In this document: piece by piece, positions 35,259 to 49,680 of the stretch
How positions within the stretch are numbered: position 1 is the first letter of the stretch
Layout of the letters: each line of letters begins with the position of its first letter
Assembly: GCA_039621445.1 (NCBI GenBank)
Contig: CP154954.1
Location: 24,564,954-24,628,953 of the forward strand
Direction: 5' to 3'
Source of the DNA: Euglena gracilis
Taxonomy: Eukaryota
DNA length: 64,000 bases
Translations under genes and position numbers: made by a program
The notes under the pieces: generated by a model
Told to the model about the DNA's origin: nothing
What the model saw: the letters and a program-made list of their open reading frames with translations, nothing else
Databases searched by the model: none

Positions 35259-38200
35259 TTATATATTTATTTATCTCTTTATTTTATTTATTTGTGTTTG
35301 TTTCAGTGAAGGAGGATTATTGAGCAACTTGTTTCAAATTTGGACCCAGCATTGCGCGTTGTGTGGGTGTGTGATCACTCCCCCCCCCCCCCGGGTGTTG
35401 GTGGTGGTGCTGGTGGTAGTGGCTGCGGAGTCTTGTTGCTGTTGTTGTCGTTGTTACGCCGTTGTTCTTGTTGCACCATGAATCCATATATTGTCAGGTC
35501 TTTTTTTTTTAAGGAACAGGGGGATCGGTTGTCCACCCACCCCCCGGGGGAGGGGGGTCTGGGGACCCTAACCAACCCACCCACTCTCGAAAATCCACCC
35601 CCACCACCACCACCATTGGTAACAATCACAGTTTTGATCAACGTTGTCTTTATCAAAGAATCCTGTTTTCTACACAGGATTCTTTTGACCATTGGTACGA
35701 CAGGGCGCTTGCCCCCCCCCTAGGGCGCTTGGCTCCCCTCCTCCTCACATACAAACTTGGCCCCCTAAGGTTGGGAAGCAGGTGTTGCCATCATCTTAAC
35801 GTAATTGAATTTGAGAATTTTTTCGCCGAGGGAACTCTCTTTTCCAAACCTCACATTGTTTTGATATGTCCACATCCAAGTTTTCTTTTCTCCCTCATAT
35901 TAACCCGTTTTTTTTATGTTTTTTGGTTTTCTTGCAACCTATATGAAAACAAATGAGCATTGCAGGCTGATCCTGCACTGAGCAAAGGAAGGAGTTGAGC
36001 TTTGGGGGGGGGTATATATCTCCTCCCTTCGCAGGCAGGGGCACGCCGTTATGTTTGTGGCAAAAAAAAATCGTGCAAATGTTTTCTTGCACGGGTAGCT
36101 CCACGGTCTGCCCTTATCTGCCGCTCCTCTGCATTTCTCCGCTGCCAAACATTTCCTCAATGGCAGTTATTTGAATCACAGGTGGAAGTTTCACCAAGTC
36201 CACCGTCTGCCAAGGGGAGGTATAGCACTGTTTTTTTTTTGCATTTGGCAGTGTGCTAGTGACAGCTGCAGCGTTGGTACGGAGGAAGGTCTTTTTTTTG
36301 GACACATGTTGGAACCAATTGTCCAATGTAACTGACCCAGGATCCACAGTCCAAAATCAAAATTTTCTGGATATTTTTGTATTCTCCTGTGCATTTCACA
36401 TGTTAGGGTTCGCCCGACCTTTGCCAACACAGGGATTTCTGAACCCTGAAATCAGATTGCCACCCTTGCCCCAAGGGCACCCTTTTTTGTGGCATATGCA
36501 GCAGCAACAAGGACTGTCTGCCCGGTGCCCATTGCACTGGACGCTGCCAGCCCGCCTTCCCCACCCACTGTGTGGATGGCTCACACCCATGGATTCATTA
36601 CAAACCTGCGTGACCCCCCCTGGGGGTTTTTCAAGAGTGGGTGGGTGGGTGGGTTAGGGTCGCTGGACTCTCCCCCCCCAGGAGTGGGTAGGGCAGTTGT
36701 TCAGATTTTTGCCGACCGAATGCCGGATGGAAAATTTCGGCCGATTTTGGCTGGGTTTTGAGTGGGTGGTTGACCCGCCTGGGGGGGGGGGGTCGTGGGT
36801 GGGTGGGTTTCAAAAAGCTGATGGGTGGGTTGCGAGAGTCCCAGAGACCCCGGGGTAAACTGAGTGAATCTGTGCTCACACCTGTGTGGCTCCGTGCCGT
36901 TTTGGACAGCAAACCTGCAACCGGAAGTATTCAATTTGGCTTCCCCAATTTCTCCCAGAAGCAGCATCCTAACGCCTTAGAAAGCTGCGAGGTGGGGTTT
37001 CCTTATTTGTCACGTTAGGAAGAGAGGTCGGCTTCCTACACCCAGCCAGGGTGAAGGAAGGTGAGCCCCCACCAGAAAGTTGTCTTCTGAATAATGCAAC
37101 CAGAAAACATGCGTGGGTCCAAGGGCGGAGTGTAACCCACCTTCGGACTCTCCTCCCAATCTCCATAGCTTCCTCTGGGATTTGATTTTTTGGTGTTTTT
37201 ATGTTTCGCCCGGCAGGGTGCAAATGCATATTTTTGCAGGAATCTTCTCTTTTTTTTCCGTGCGAGGTAACGTGCCCCAATCGCAGGTGCAAGGTCATAA
37301 TGTGGACTGCCACGTTATGACCGCACACTGAGAGTTGGTGAGAGGAGGCTGGTTGTGTGCGAGGTTTGATGCCACCGACGCTTTCACTCAAACGAGTCGC
37401 AACGTCGCAAGGTGTGCAGGTTCGCTGGGCTGGTTTCTCTCTCTATATGCCCGATCTACCCCATCTTCATCCAGATCCACGCGTTGTGAATGGCCGCTGT
37501 AGATGAACGGGGGTTGGTGTGCTCTTTAAAGGGCCTCTGGGAATACGGGGGGTGGGGGCAGGCAAATGGACTGACAGGAAACAGAGGTTGGCTTCTGCTC
37601 CGTTGCCCAGCTCAGCCTGCCTGGTTATTCATTTTCTTTTTTTTTTGTGCAAGAACCAGGCCAGGGTTCGATATAAGCGTTTAGCGGAGGGTGTCCCCCC
37701 CTGGACCGGAGGGGTGGTCCGGACAGACCCTGGGGGGGCACCTGTAACCCCCCAAAAGGTCAAAATTTTACCTGGCACTTTGCGCCAATTTTTTTTTGCA
37801 TTTTTGACAATTTTTTGCCAAAGGGTGCCCCAAGTGGCATTTATGGCCAGTTTGGGGGATCAAATTTTTTCGGCCCGGCGCTTCGGCCAAAAATCGGTCG
37901 CTAGACCGGCCACTGTTTAGGTGGGGCCCCAGGCATTATTAATTACTTGACAATTGACGATTTGTTCTTTTCGTGGCACGCCTTTTTTGAATGCCTAGTT
38001 CTTCTTGTGTCACAAAGGGTGCTGAGATCTGCGTGAGATGTGTCGCCCTCGAACAAATGTGCTGTCAGAAAGTGATGTTCTTTAAGATGGGGGGGCAGGC
38101 TTTGTCCGGGACGGGGGGATATTGTTGCTTCCCGGGAAAAGCCTGCCAAAAGCTGAAATAATCGGGGATGCAAACTACCTCTCTTCCCCCTGCCCAGGAC

Positions 38201-38773
38201 ACACCATGTCGTTGACAACTCCCCTTTTCCAGAACACTACTTGAGGCTTTTCATTGAATGACAGTGGCGTTGAGATGCCATGTCGTTGGCACACACACCC
38301 CGTGTCAACAGCACATAGGATGCCCCCATCTCCCCCCCTCCCCCGGGCGCTTGGCCCGGGCCATGATTGAAGGTAAGGTAAGGTAAGGCCAGTTGGCCAA
38401 CCTGTTGGGGGTCCAAATTTGCGTGTTAAGAATTTTGGTGGCCATGTGCAAAAGGCCGAAGTTAATTTTAGGCGGCCAAGTTTGCATGTAAGGAGGAGGG
38501 GGGCCAAGCACCCAGAGGGGGGGGGCAAGCGTCCAGGGGGGGGAGGCAATTTTGGACAAACCTCCTGCAAGGAATTTTTTTTTGGAAAAACTGCATCGTC
38601 CAAATTAGAGCCCCCTTGGGATTATTCAGCAACGGGCCAAAAAGGTGGACCGGTCCCCTGTTTTGCAGGGTTAAGGCGGGGGAGGTTCGGGGGACTCCAC
38701 GGGGGGGGGCGGGTCAATTGAGTGCTACTTCTAAAATTCCCACCGCTTCGTGCCAGGAACAGAGGCAAACCAT

Positions 38774-39041
<268 letters not shown>

Positions 39042-40490
39042 GACAAACCTCCTGCCAGGCGTTTTTTTTGGAAAAATGGGCATCGTCCAATTAAGGCCCC
39101 CCTGGGGATTATTTCCAGCAACGGGCCAAAACTGGTGGACCGGTCCCACTGTTTGCAGGGTTAAGGCGGGGGAGGTTCGGGGGACTCACACGGGGGGGGG
39201 GGTCAATTGAGGGCTAAAACTTCCCCCGCTTCGTGCCAGGAACAGAGCAAACCATCCCTTTCAGGGGGTATTCACTTGGCCTGACCCCCCCAACTTTTTG
39301 GAGGAAAAAACACCTATTCTGGGAGATGTTCATAGTATTTTCACAGTCTTATGTGATTGAGGGGAGTTTGAGGGGTCCAGCTTTTGGACTTTTGCTGACA
39401 ATCAGTCTTTATTCGGGGGGGGGGGCTTATTTCGAGAGGAGGATGGCCGGGTGGGTACTAAATTCCACACCACGCTTTTCTTCTTTAACTTTGGTGATTG
39501 GCCCTGCACTTGGTCAAATGGCGCCAAGATCGCACAGAGAGAGAGGGCGTTGTTTTTGCCACCCTCCCAATGGCAATAGTGGGTTCTCAAAGCATTGCTA
39601 AGCCTTGGCCGGGGGAGGACAGTTTTCTTCAAGACCTTCTGTTTGAACACAATGGTGCATGTCACGGTGGACAGTTGTCGCCCACACGTGGCCAGCTGGC
39701 GTCATTTTGGGACGGGTGTGCCATAAGCAGTTTCCATGTGTCCAGGGAAAAATGTGCAGCAAAATGTTCCATTTCTTTTCTCAGATGTATGATTTTTTTT
39801 TTGCTTTTTTCTCTCTGATTTCGCGCGTGTTTCGCACAATTTTTTTTTACTGAAAATGCACATTGTCTGCATTAAATGTGCATTTTTTATGCCTCTTTTC
39901 CTGCGTTTTCCGAGCCCCCCCCCCCCCGCTGCCCCTCCACTCCTCCTCACCCCGTGCAGCAACCACTCCAGCCACCGCACCCCCATGCCCAGCCCACCAG
40001 GCGGTGGGGAACGCTGCACTGCCCGGCCTCCTCCTCCTCTCCGCCTGCCGGGTGTCGTGGGTGTGTCGGGGGTGTGGCCTGCCCCTCCGCGGCTTTGGAC
40101 CGGGAGGTCTTCCTCGCCGCGGTCATCGCTGCGGAGGGGCCGCCCCCACTCCCTCTGCCATTCCTCTGCCGTGGACGACCTGCTGGCCCCCGAGGGAGTC
40201 TGAAAGGTCAGTGGCAATGGCCGGTCTGGGCCCCAATTCTCTTCTGGGTGGGGGTATGTTGTGGGGCCAACCCTCACCCACCCCAACGCCCTGTCCCAAG
40301 TTAGCTAAACCACCCAATCTCCACCTGCTTCAACTGCTGCCCAGTTGCTCAAAAAAAACTGGATTGTTCACTCAACTTCAGGCTTCCACCGTTGTTGTTT
40401 TTTACGTTGGGGCTCCAGTTCCTTCCCTCATCCTTCCCATCTTTTTTTAGGGCCGTACAAAGGGCTTTCGTTGGCACTTTTGATTACTAC

Positions 40491-40498
40491 TTATTTGT

Positions 40499-40545
<47 letters not shown>

Positions 40546-40550
40546 TTAAT

Positions 40551-40593
<43 letters not shown>

Positions 40594-40595
40594 TT

Positions 40596-40626
<31 letters not shown>

Positions 40627-40650
40627 TTTTATTTATCTATTTATTTATTT
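40491..40650. repeat. (TTTA)n microsatellite
   Basis: Directly visible. Confidence 0.95.
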
Positions 40651-41836
40651 AGAGGCTGGTTTTTACGAATACTGGGAGGACGTTGGGGGCCGCGCCACGT
40701 GCTGGTTGATAAAATCTGACTGAAAAACGTCCTGGCTCAGAGAGCGATTCCTGGAGAGACTAATTACCGTAGACGAAACGCCCCACACCCGGGGCCGATG
40801 GGGTAGAGGCAGGGCTGCCACAACCCTGGTGGTGGGCAAAGGGGACCCCCGTGGTTTGTAGTGGCCAACCCAGCGTCGACGGACTGTCTGGTGGGCGTGC
40901 AGGGACGCTGCGGTCGCAGTCTGCGGACCCCAGCGCTCCGTGATGCGGTGGCTTCGGTCTACGCCCAAATTCTTTCCCATCTGCCAACCGTTTCGACTAT
41001 TCTCACGCATCGTTCTCGTTGGTCTTTCTTGCACAGCATTCGATGATGGCAGATGGCTCAGCAAAATGCCCGGCAAGAGGGAAGATCCCAATGCAGATGA
41101 AAAGCTGTTCAGATGAGTGTTTCTTCCCCTCCAGAGGTCGCCTGACCTTTCCGAAACAGCAAGTTATTTGACCTTTGAATGAACAATAGCAACACAGCAA
41201 ATGATATTGTTATTGCCTTTCCCCAGCCTGATAATTTTTTTTGTTCGCAAAAGAAATGACTCATTTGCCTTCACAAGGCTGGCCACCCTTCATCCAGACG
41301 TTGCCACCATACCGGATTTTTTGGTCACGAAAATAGTCACGGAATTTTTTCCTTAAATTAAAAATTGAAAATTAAAAATTATCTTTGGATTCCTTTTTTT
41401 TTGCCGCTGTCCAATTTTGTTTCTTCATTTTTCAGCGTATGTACAGCTCCCGCAGGGAGGTAGCCAGCCCAAGTTTCGGGCCCTGCAACCCCCCCCCGTG
41501 GTCCTGAAAGAGATGATTGGTTGATATGCCAGTGCACAGGCATAAAAGTTTGACCATGGCTCAGGTGCTTTCACTTTCAATTAATTGATGTCAATTCATT
41601 AAACACAACCGGACAAGCCTCGAGACAATTGACTGCGAAATGAAAGCAACCACATGAATGTTTAGGAGAGATTTTTGGAAGACGTTTGAGAAATTGAAAT
41701 CAAATTGCCTAGGTTGACGACAGGAGAAATATGCCTGCACCGAGGGGTTGGACATATTTCACCGTCCTAGTAAAAAAAAAAGACGGTAAATGGTCTTAAA
41801 AGGGCCAAAGCAGTCAAAGTGGCCAGAAAACAATTA

Positions 41837-42521
41837 CCCCCCCCCCTTGTCGTACGACCAACCCTCATTTACGACCACCCCCCCCCGGTCACAGGTTGCA
41901 GGTCATGGGGATGTTATGCAGGGGTGGGGGGAATGCAACTTGCTTAATTTGCATTTTTTTGCATAATCAGGTTTTCCCAAAATTTGCATTTTTTTGCAAT
42001 TTTTTGCATTTTTTGCATAAAATATTTTGCCCTGGAAAAAAATTTTGTAGTTGGTTGCCGTATGTTTGGATTTTTTTGCATTTTTTTTGCATTTTTTACA
42101 TAAAATATTTTGTCCTTGAGAAAAATTTTGTAGTTGGTTGGCATATGTTTTGATTTTTTTTGCATTTTGCGTTTTTTTTTGCATAAAAAATTTTGCCCTG
42201 GAAAATTTTTTTTATTTTAGGCAGCAAAGCTCTGTCATATTCCAGCTTTTTCTCAAGGTTTTCATGCAAGTTGCATTTTTTTGCATTTTTTTGCATTTTT
42301 TTGACTTGCATAATTTGAAGGGCCAAGTTGCATTTCCCCCCCCCTGTGTTATGACCACCCCCCCCCGGTCACAGGTTGCCGGTTGCGAACAATTTAACAC
42401 CACCTTACCTACGGCCGCCTCATTTACGACCACCCTCCAGTCACAGGTTGCAGGTCATGGGGGTGTTAAGACCCCCCCCGGTCACAGGTTGCAAGAACCC
42501 GGTCGTACGACAAGGGGGGCG
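41837..42521. mobile_element. TA-flanked MITE, TTGTCGTACGACC TIR family
   Basis: TA at 41835-41836 and 42522-42523, with inverted ends. Confidence 0.8.
41919..42346. mobile_element. Nested CAG...CTG MITE with 7-bp TSD
   Basis: CAGGGG..AATGCAACTTG / CAAGTTGCATT..CCCCTG, with TGTTATG on both sides. Sister host MITEs show the empty site. Confidence 0.75.
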
Positions 42522-43222
42522 TAGAAGCAATCAAAAGCATACCTAGTAGTAGCCGCAAGCCAAAAGCGGCCAAAGGTGGGTGAAATTGGGCAAAGGGGCC
42601 AAAAGTGGCCAAGAGCGCCAAAAATTGTTCAAGTGGGCAAATGACCAAAAGTGGACAAAAGTGGATGAAGTAAGTGAATGCAGATGCTGCAGTGGATGCT
42701 GTGGATGCATATTTCTGAGTGGATGCAGATACCGGAGGTACCATCACCAAAAGCTTCAACGGCGATGCTGGGCGATGCTGGACGAAGCTGGACTGAGCGC
42801 TGGGCGATGCTGGGCCCAAGGGCATGGCTGACCAGAGGAGCTTGCTGGTAACCCAAAGGTCAAACTTGCACTCCCCCTGCGGTTCTGAGTCACCAGACGG
42901 CATCCTGTATGGGTGTCATTTACTGGCATTTTTTCAAAAGAGTACCAAAATAATAATTTTAGTATTATTTTAATTTATTTTATTATTTTGTTTTCAATGG
43001 AACTGGAAACCAGCCTCCGAGGAGCCTCCACAGAGCTTTCGCGGCGGCTGCTCCAGGTAACCAAAGCCCAGGTGGCCCTTTTTGTTGTGTTTTGTTTGTT
43101 GTGTTGTGTTTTTAGATTGAGTCGAAAGGCACCCCCCCCCACGGGGTCGGTCCGAACGCCACTCCCCCCCCCCCCCCGCTGCAGACCTCACGTGCCCTCC
43201 GCCCCCCTCCCCCAGGCTGAGG

Positions 43223-43512
43223 ATGGGCTGCGCTGCCTCGCACGTCACGGCCGCCACCCGGTCAGGCCCCCTCGTGGCCTCCCCGGCGGAGCCCTCACCA
43301 GCAGGCTCTAGCCTGCCCCCCAATCGATGTGCCGAACTTTTCGCACAACTGTCCTCGTCAACGTTGAATGGTATAATGACCCAAAATAATGTTTAATGTA
43401 TCATTCATACCTCCCCCAGGCATGAGCAGACGCATGCGGGCGCGCATGACAGCACACAAACACAGTTTAACCCAAGCCGTAACCCCAAAAAGCCCTAACC
43501 CTGCACAAACAC

Positions 43513-43565
<53 letters not shown>

Positions 43566-46500
43566 CACACACACACACCATACAACCATTTAGTCACTGG
43601 CCGGCCCTCACCTGGGGGTGGGTGACTGGTTGTTTTTTTTTGATTGGTTTTTGGATCGTACCTTGGGGGGGCAATAAACCATTGAATTTATCTAGCGTCT
43701 TTGGTGCTGAAAAAAAATTGGTCATATTTTTTCCACCTTTGTGGTCAGTTTTCCATTGGATTCCAGAGGTCCACCCCGACCAGGCACCTATGGCCGACCA
43801 GGGCCGACCAGGACCGACCAGGGCCGACTTGTGGTTGGCCGACCGAAGGGGAATGGATGAAGGAATTCGGCAGCTTTCCCTCTGGACCAAGCACCTCTGA
43901 TGATGCTGGGCGGTGCAGGGCGATGCAGGGCGATGCTGGCCCGGCAGCATCGACCACGGGTTACCGCGGGTTTCAGGATTGTCATAGGTGGGTTGCCGAC
44001 CGCAGCCGACCGCAGCCGACCGCGCAACTTTTTTCCAATTGATGTCATATTTTCAGTGAGAATGAGGAATAAGGCTCATTTTTTATCCCAGATTTTGAGA
44101 TTTTTTCTGGCTCATCTGGCTCATGTTGTCACTTTTGGCTACTTTTGGCCGCTTTTGGCCATTTTAGGTCTCTTTTGTCCCTTTTGGCCCATTTGTCACC
44201 ATAATTCACCAATTTTAACCTATTTTGACCATTCTTGGCCACTTTTTGCGCATTTCTTGTAATTTTGGGCCATTTTGTCCTGCTCTTTGGCCATTTTTGA
44301 CCATTTAAAGCCATTTTCGACCTTTTTTTTTGTTATATTGCCCATTTTTTTGGTCTCTTTTTGGTCCAGTTTGACCATTTTCGAGCATTTTGTGCCAGGT
44401 GCAGCTGTTGGATTTGCAAAAACAGTGGCCAAAACAGCTTTTCTTTGGCCTTTGCTCACTTTTGGCCATTTTAACTATTTTCAGCCGACCACAGTCACTG
44501 ATTTGGCAAATATTGGGCTAATTTGGGTCAACATGAACATATTTTATGGCATTTTGGCCATTTTGCTCCCTTTTGGTAATTTTGGGTCATTTTTCACAAT
44601 CTTTTTTTCTGTGACGGATACCCCCACCTATGGCCGACTATTTGCCGACCAGGGCCGACCAGGGCTGACCAGGGCCGACCAGGGCCGACCAGAGCACCAA
44701 AATGGGAAGTGACCATAGGTGCCTGACCCCTACTCCAAAGGCTCTTGTGTCTGACTGGTTTTTGGACTGGAAGTGACCCCCAGGATCGGTGAAATAACTG
44801 TATGTATACAACAACACACAAAACACACAACGCACACAACACGCGCAACACGCGCAATGCAAACAACGCACAACCCAAAACTGACAACGCACACACACAC
44901 ACACACACACACAAGGTAGAAAGAGCCGATGCCAGGATTTTGCTACTAATGAACCCTCATCCAGGACCTCGACAGGGTGGCAGGCCCTTCCTCTGCAGCA
45001 GACCTCCCAATCGGGCTGACGATCATCCTGGAGACCAACAAGGAGGGCTTCGTGCAGGACGAGGGGGAGGAGGAGGAGGAGGAGGAGGAGGAGAAATCCC
45101 CCAGCCAGGCCATCCTAAACAGCAGAAACCAGTAGTTGATTTTTAACTACAAATTTCACGATCCAAACTTAATCCAGCCCTCGAATCAAACATCCACGTG
45201 TCGTTTCTTTTTTGCCGGGGGGGGGGGGTTCGTCCGAACACACACACTCTGGGACGCACTCTGCCACCCAAGGATGGATATTGACATTGCGTTTGGGGGG
45301 GGGGGGCGATAAAACCCGTTATATTAACCCCCCCCTATATCCTCGATGGATCCGAGAAAACCGACACGGAGGACAAACTGAGGGCCATTCTGGGGCCGTT
45401 TTGGGTCATTTCCGACCAGCTTTGGCCCATTTTGACCCGTTCCAGGTTCCTCCTTGTGGCCACCGCCCCCCGAGAGTGGTGACGGTTGCCGCCGTCAGCC
45501 GGCCGGCGGGCCTGCGCCCATCAGCCTCCGCACGCTGTCCGAGGCCACGGGGCTGAGCGCCTCCCCCTCCTCCGCGTCCCTCAAGCCGCCCCTGCGGCGG
45601 GCCACGCTGCTGCGGTTCCGGGTCCGGGCCACCCCGGGGACCCCGGCCCAGGGAGGTGCGGGGCGGGGGCACGCGGCGGCCAAAAGTGGTTGGCGAGGGG
45701 GATCGGCCGCCGGGCTGCCGATGGGCATTTCAATTTGCATTGGGCGGCAATGAGTTTGATAAGCACCATCTGCGGTGTTGTCCCCGATGGATGGGGGACC
45801 CGTTCAGCACCCTTTTTCTCTCCTCTCTGAAATTCCATTCCAATGCAGTGCCCCAACGCAGCATATCATGAGGATGACAACCATCACATCGCATGTCTTT
45901 CCCGGTCAGACCCTAACCCCCCCCCCGGAGGGGTCCAGTTTGGGCCAGCCTGGCGAAAGTTGGACTGGACCGATGGAAAGTCGGCACAACGCGCCAAATT
46001 TTTCCAAAAAGGGGGTCAAATGGCCAAAATGGCATTTTTGGTGGTTTTTGGGGTCTGCACCTCCCAATTTTGGCTGAAAGTGCAAACCCGAGTGGTTTGG
46101 GCGTTTTGGGGCATTTTTTTGGGTCCCACCAGGTACAGCCAGCACCTTTTTTTTCCCAGCCGGCCCGCGAGACACCCCCCCACGGGTCTTTGAGAAAACC
46201 GCTGATCCGGGTTTCAGAGCCCCCGAAACATGCAATTGCAGTTTACTTCATTTGCAGTGGTTGGTTTTGGGGTGAGAAAATGGATGCCTCCCGAAGCCGA
46301 AATCTGTGTTCTGTTGTGCGTCTTGTGAATGCGCATTGTGGTGATGCGTTGTGGTGTTGCACGTCTGAGTGATATTTCCTTGCCGGCCTGCTTTGCACAA
46401 ATTGTTGTGCTACCTGCACCCCCCTGTCTGCAGGGCAGACAGCAAACCACCGACTCCCCAGCCGTTCACTTACAAAATCTCTGCCATGGGCCCGGCACGT

Positions 46501-49500
46501 GCGTTTGGTTGCATCCATGTGACTGTGATGGCGCCCACAAAGTGCCAAGACTCGGGTTGCAACACATGTTCAGGTATGTGTGTGTGGTGGCCAGACCATT
46601 GGTTAACACCTGTCCCACCCCACCCCCCCGGGGGGGGGGGGTGACTGACTGGGCTTTTCAGAGTGACTGACTGGTTTTTTGGCCGTGACCAAGCACCAAT
46701 AGCTAAAATGGCCTAAAATGGCCTAAAATGGCCTAAAATGACTTTTTGACCCCCTATAGGTGGGGGTCCCTAAAATGGCCTAAAATGGCCTAAAATGGCC
46801 TAAAGTGGCCTAAAATGGGAAAAATTTTGTTGCACAACAATTTTTTTTGTGAACAGCTGTAGCCATTCAGGTACTGACTTTTGATGTCTTTTGTCAATCT
46901 GGACGGCGAACAGTGGATTTGGTGGAGGAGCACAGCCCGCAAGGCCCTTTTTTTTTATCCCAACTAATAATAGTATCAGTCCCCAAATCCACAGTCCCCA
47001 AGCTTCTTTTGGTAGCTGAATTTTAAAGGTTTGGACAGCATATTTTTCTTACTCCCATCCTTTTTTGGTGTGCAACGATGTCTGTTTCGCAAATAATGAA
47101 ACAGTGCAAAATTGGAATGAGGCGTGGGGAAAAAGACAGAAAAAAAGATGAAAGATGTTAGAAAAACTCAATTGAAAGAGGTGTATCATTAGGTACTGGG
47201 AATTTCTTCAAATCATGAACCAGCACAATTTTGGGGATTTTCCAAAACCACAAATAATCACGCCGAATGATCAAATGACCTAAACAACTACAAACAATTA
47301 TGAATGAGATTCTCTCTTATTTATGAACATGTTCAGAGGGTTTTCTTTTAGTATTAAGTTTTTCTCCAAGGGGGAAACCAAACACGGAGAAGAGGAATTG
47401 TTTTCAGCTTTGCCCTTTGATCTCTGCAATCGCCCAAAAAGCCCCAAATGGCTTTTTTGAGAGTTGTTTCACTTCCCAAGTGCCCACAGATAAGTCCCTT
47501 TCATTTAATGATGGGTTATGTGGCTGCAACCCGATTTAACGTAAAACCTGGGGGTCCCCTTCTGATTTCACTAAACCCCCCCTTCAAAACCATAAGTGCT
47601 GATACCCCAGATTTTGGCTCCCCTCCTCCTTCCATTCACACTTGGTGCCTTAATTTGTGTATCTTGGCCCCAATTTTTTTTCCAAAAATTTTGCCTTTTT
47701 TTTGTACAAAGTCTGCTGAAAGTTTGACACTCGTGCAAACTTGCTCTCCCATCATCACGTCATAGTGATCCAGTGTTCATGAATTTTGCATGCTTTTTTG
47801 GATGTACATTTCTCATTACTGAATAAGAGAAGGTTCGCACACGTTATTATGCAGTTTTCGGGACAAAAATGACGCAAAATTATGATTTTCAGAACCCCCA
47901 CCTATACCTTAAAATGACCTAAAATGGCCTTAAATGGCCTAAAATGGCCTAAAATGGCCTAAAATGGGGAATTTTTTGGGCTTGATTATAGGTGCTTGGC
48001 CGTGACCACCCTCCGCCCGTGGGGTGGGGTTGGCCCGAAATCACCCAAAAGTGGCTGAGTGGCCAACTGGAAAATTTTTGGCCAAAAAATGGCCTTGAAA
48101 GTCCAAAAAGTGACTGGTTTCCCCGAGTGGCCGACCCCCCCCCCCCCCCCCCCCCCCCCCTTGCCCCCCCCCCTCCAGCCACCGCAGCCCCCCCCCCCCC
48201 CCAGGATATGCTGTGGTCCCGCCCGGGGGGGTCAAGTGACTGACTGGCTTGGCCGAAAAAAAGTGACTGACTGGTTTTTTCGGAGTGGAAAGTGACCCCC
48301 CTTCCCCCCCCCCCCGGGGGTCGCTAAGCAATGGTGTGTGTTGTGGCCCCTCGCTCTGTCCGCCGGGCTGGGGCTCGCTCCGCCGCGGCACGCCCTCCAC
48401 CCCACGGGGAACCAACCCCTGGGGGTCCAACCGGCCACCACCTTCATTCGTGCCAGCAGCTCTCAGCCGAGCTGCACTGCGGGCGCTGAAATGATGGGTG
48501 GGCCAGCGTGGCACAGCCGCGCTGAGCCGAAATGATTGGCAAAGAACTGTTGCGCAAGCTACTGGTAGTTTTTTTTGAAGAGTGTCAAAGGCCTGGAGGG
48601 GAGGGTCCGGTCCGACCCCCCCCCACCTCCATGTATCGAACCCTGCCTTGTCTTGCCCCCCCCCCCAAAACCACCCTCCCCTCCAGCAGCAGGCATCTCC
48701 CGAGGCTGCTGGGTATGGGCTGGCCGTGGGGGCCGGCGGGGCCCGTGCTGTAGCGTGGCCCACCTCCCCGAGGCCTGCCCCAAGGCCACGCACCTCGCCC
48801 ATCGCCCCGCCCAGGCTGGGGTACGGTAACTCGTTTGTGGACCGCTGGGGGCCATCCCCGAACCCCCCCCACCCCGCTTGATGGGCATCATGTGATTGGT
48901 GGTGGGTTTGTTGTGGTGGGTTGGTTCATTTCAATGTATCGAGTGTTGGTGTCTTCCATTGGATAAGAAACAACATCAATCACCACCCCAAACCGCATGA
49001 TATGACTCCTTTTTGCTTAATAGGTCGCATCCCTAGTAACTCCCTCATCAATCTTCCTTCAAGTTCATGGTCATCGGTGGTGGGCTCTACATTTAGCCTT
49101 TCTTGGGTAAGTTTTTTTTTCCTGGTTGTGCCAATTTTGGGATTGCTCAGCCAATTTCAACCGTTTTGGCCCATTTTTGGGGAATTATATGGTCACCTTG
49201 AAGTATTTTTCACAAAAAATTGGTCGAAAATACCAAAATGCACCACTGCTGCCCCGTGCGCTACAAGGCTGCTGAACGTGGACCTCAAAACGGGCCACAA
49301 TGGTTGAAAATGGATCAGTTTTTGTGTGCAATAATTTTCACCTCCCGGGGGGGGATGGGTACTGGCCGAGCCCCTGCCGGAATTTTTTTGATTTTTTTGA
49401 ATTTTTGAATTTTGACCCCAAATTTCACCCCCAATTTTGGGTCCCCCCAGCCCCCCCCCCCCAGGGGTGGGTCCGGACCCCCCTCCCCCGGGTCCTAAAA

Positions 49501-49680
49501 TTACACCTCTGAATCCTTTAGACTTTTTTGAGACAAACCTTCAGACAGTTCTCAAGTCGGAGTATCCTCCCGCCGCCTGCCCGCACCCGCATCGCCCCCC
49601 TGGTCTCCCCCCGGCCCGGCTGCCCCGCCAAGGCCTACGCCACAAGCCGGCGGCTGTCCAAACTGGAACTCACCGCCTGA
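43223..49680 (+). CDS. Multi-exon host gene, paralog 2
   Basis: Pyrimidine tract plus AG (43214-43215), then ATG 43223 (MGCAASH). Exons at about 44965-45102 (..LETNKEGFVQDEGEEEEEEEEKSP), 45520-45655 (ISLRTLSE..LLRFRVRATPGTP), ~48755-48808 (VAHLP) and ~49557-49680 (RTRIAPLVSPRP..RRLSKLELTA-stop). Matches paralog 1 block by block. Confidence 0.7.
45103..45519 (+). other. Nonconventional intron in paralog 2
   Basis: C|AGCCAGGCC ... GGCCTG-CGCCC|A. CAG at +4, CTG at -8, Y|R junctions, and in-frame SP|ISLRTLS. Confidence 0.75.
46592..48338. mobile_element. Composite TIR element (GTGACTGACTGG and AAAATGGCCT repeats) in an intron of paralog 2
   Basis: Ends CAGACCATTG / CAATGGTGTG; flanks TGTGGTGGC / TGTTGTGGC match at 8 of 9. 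Related sequence lies at about 61965-62800. Confidence 0.5.
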
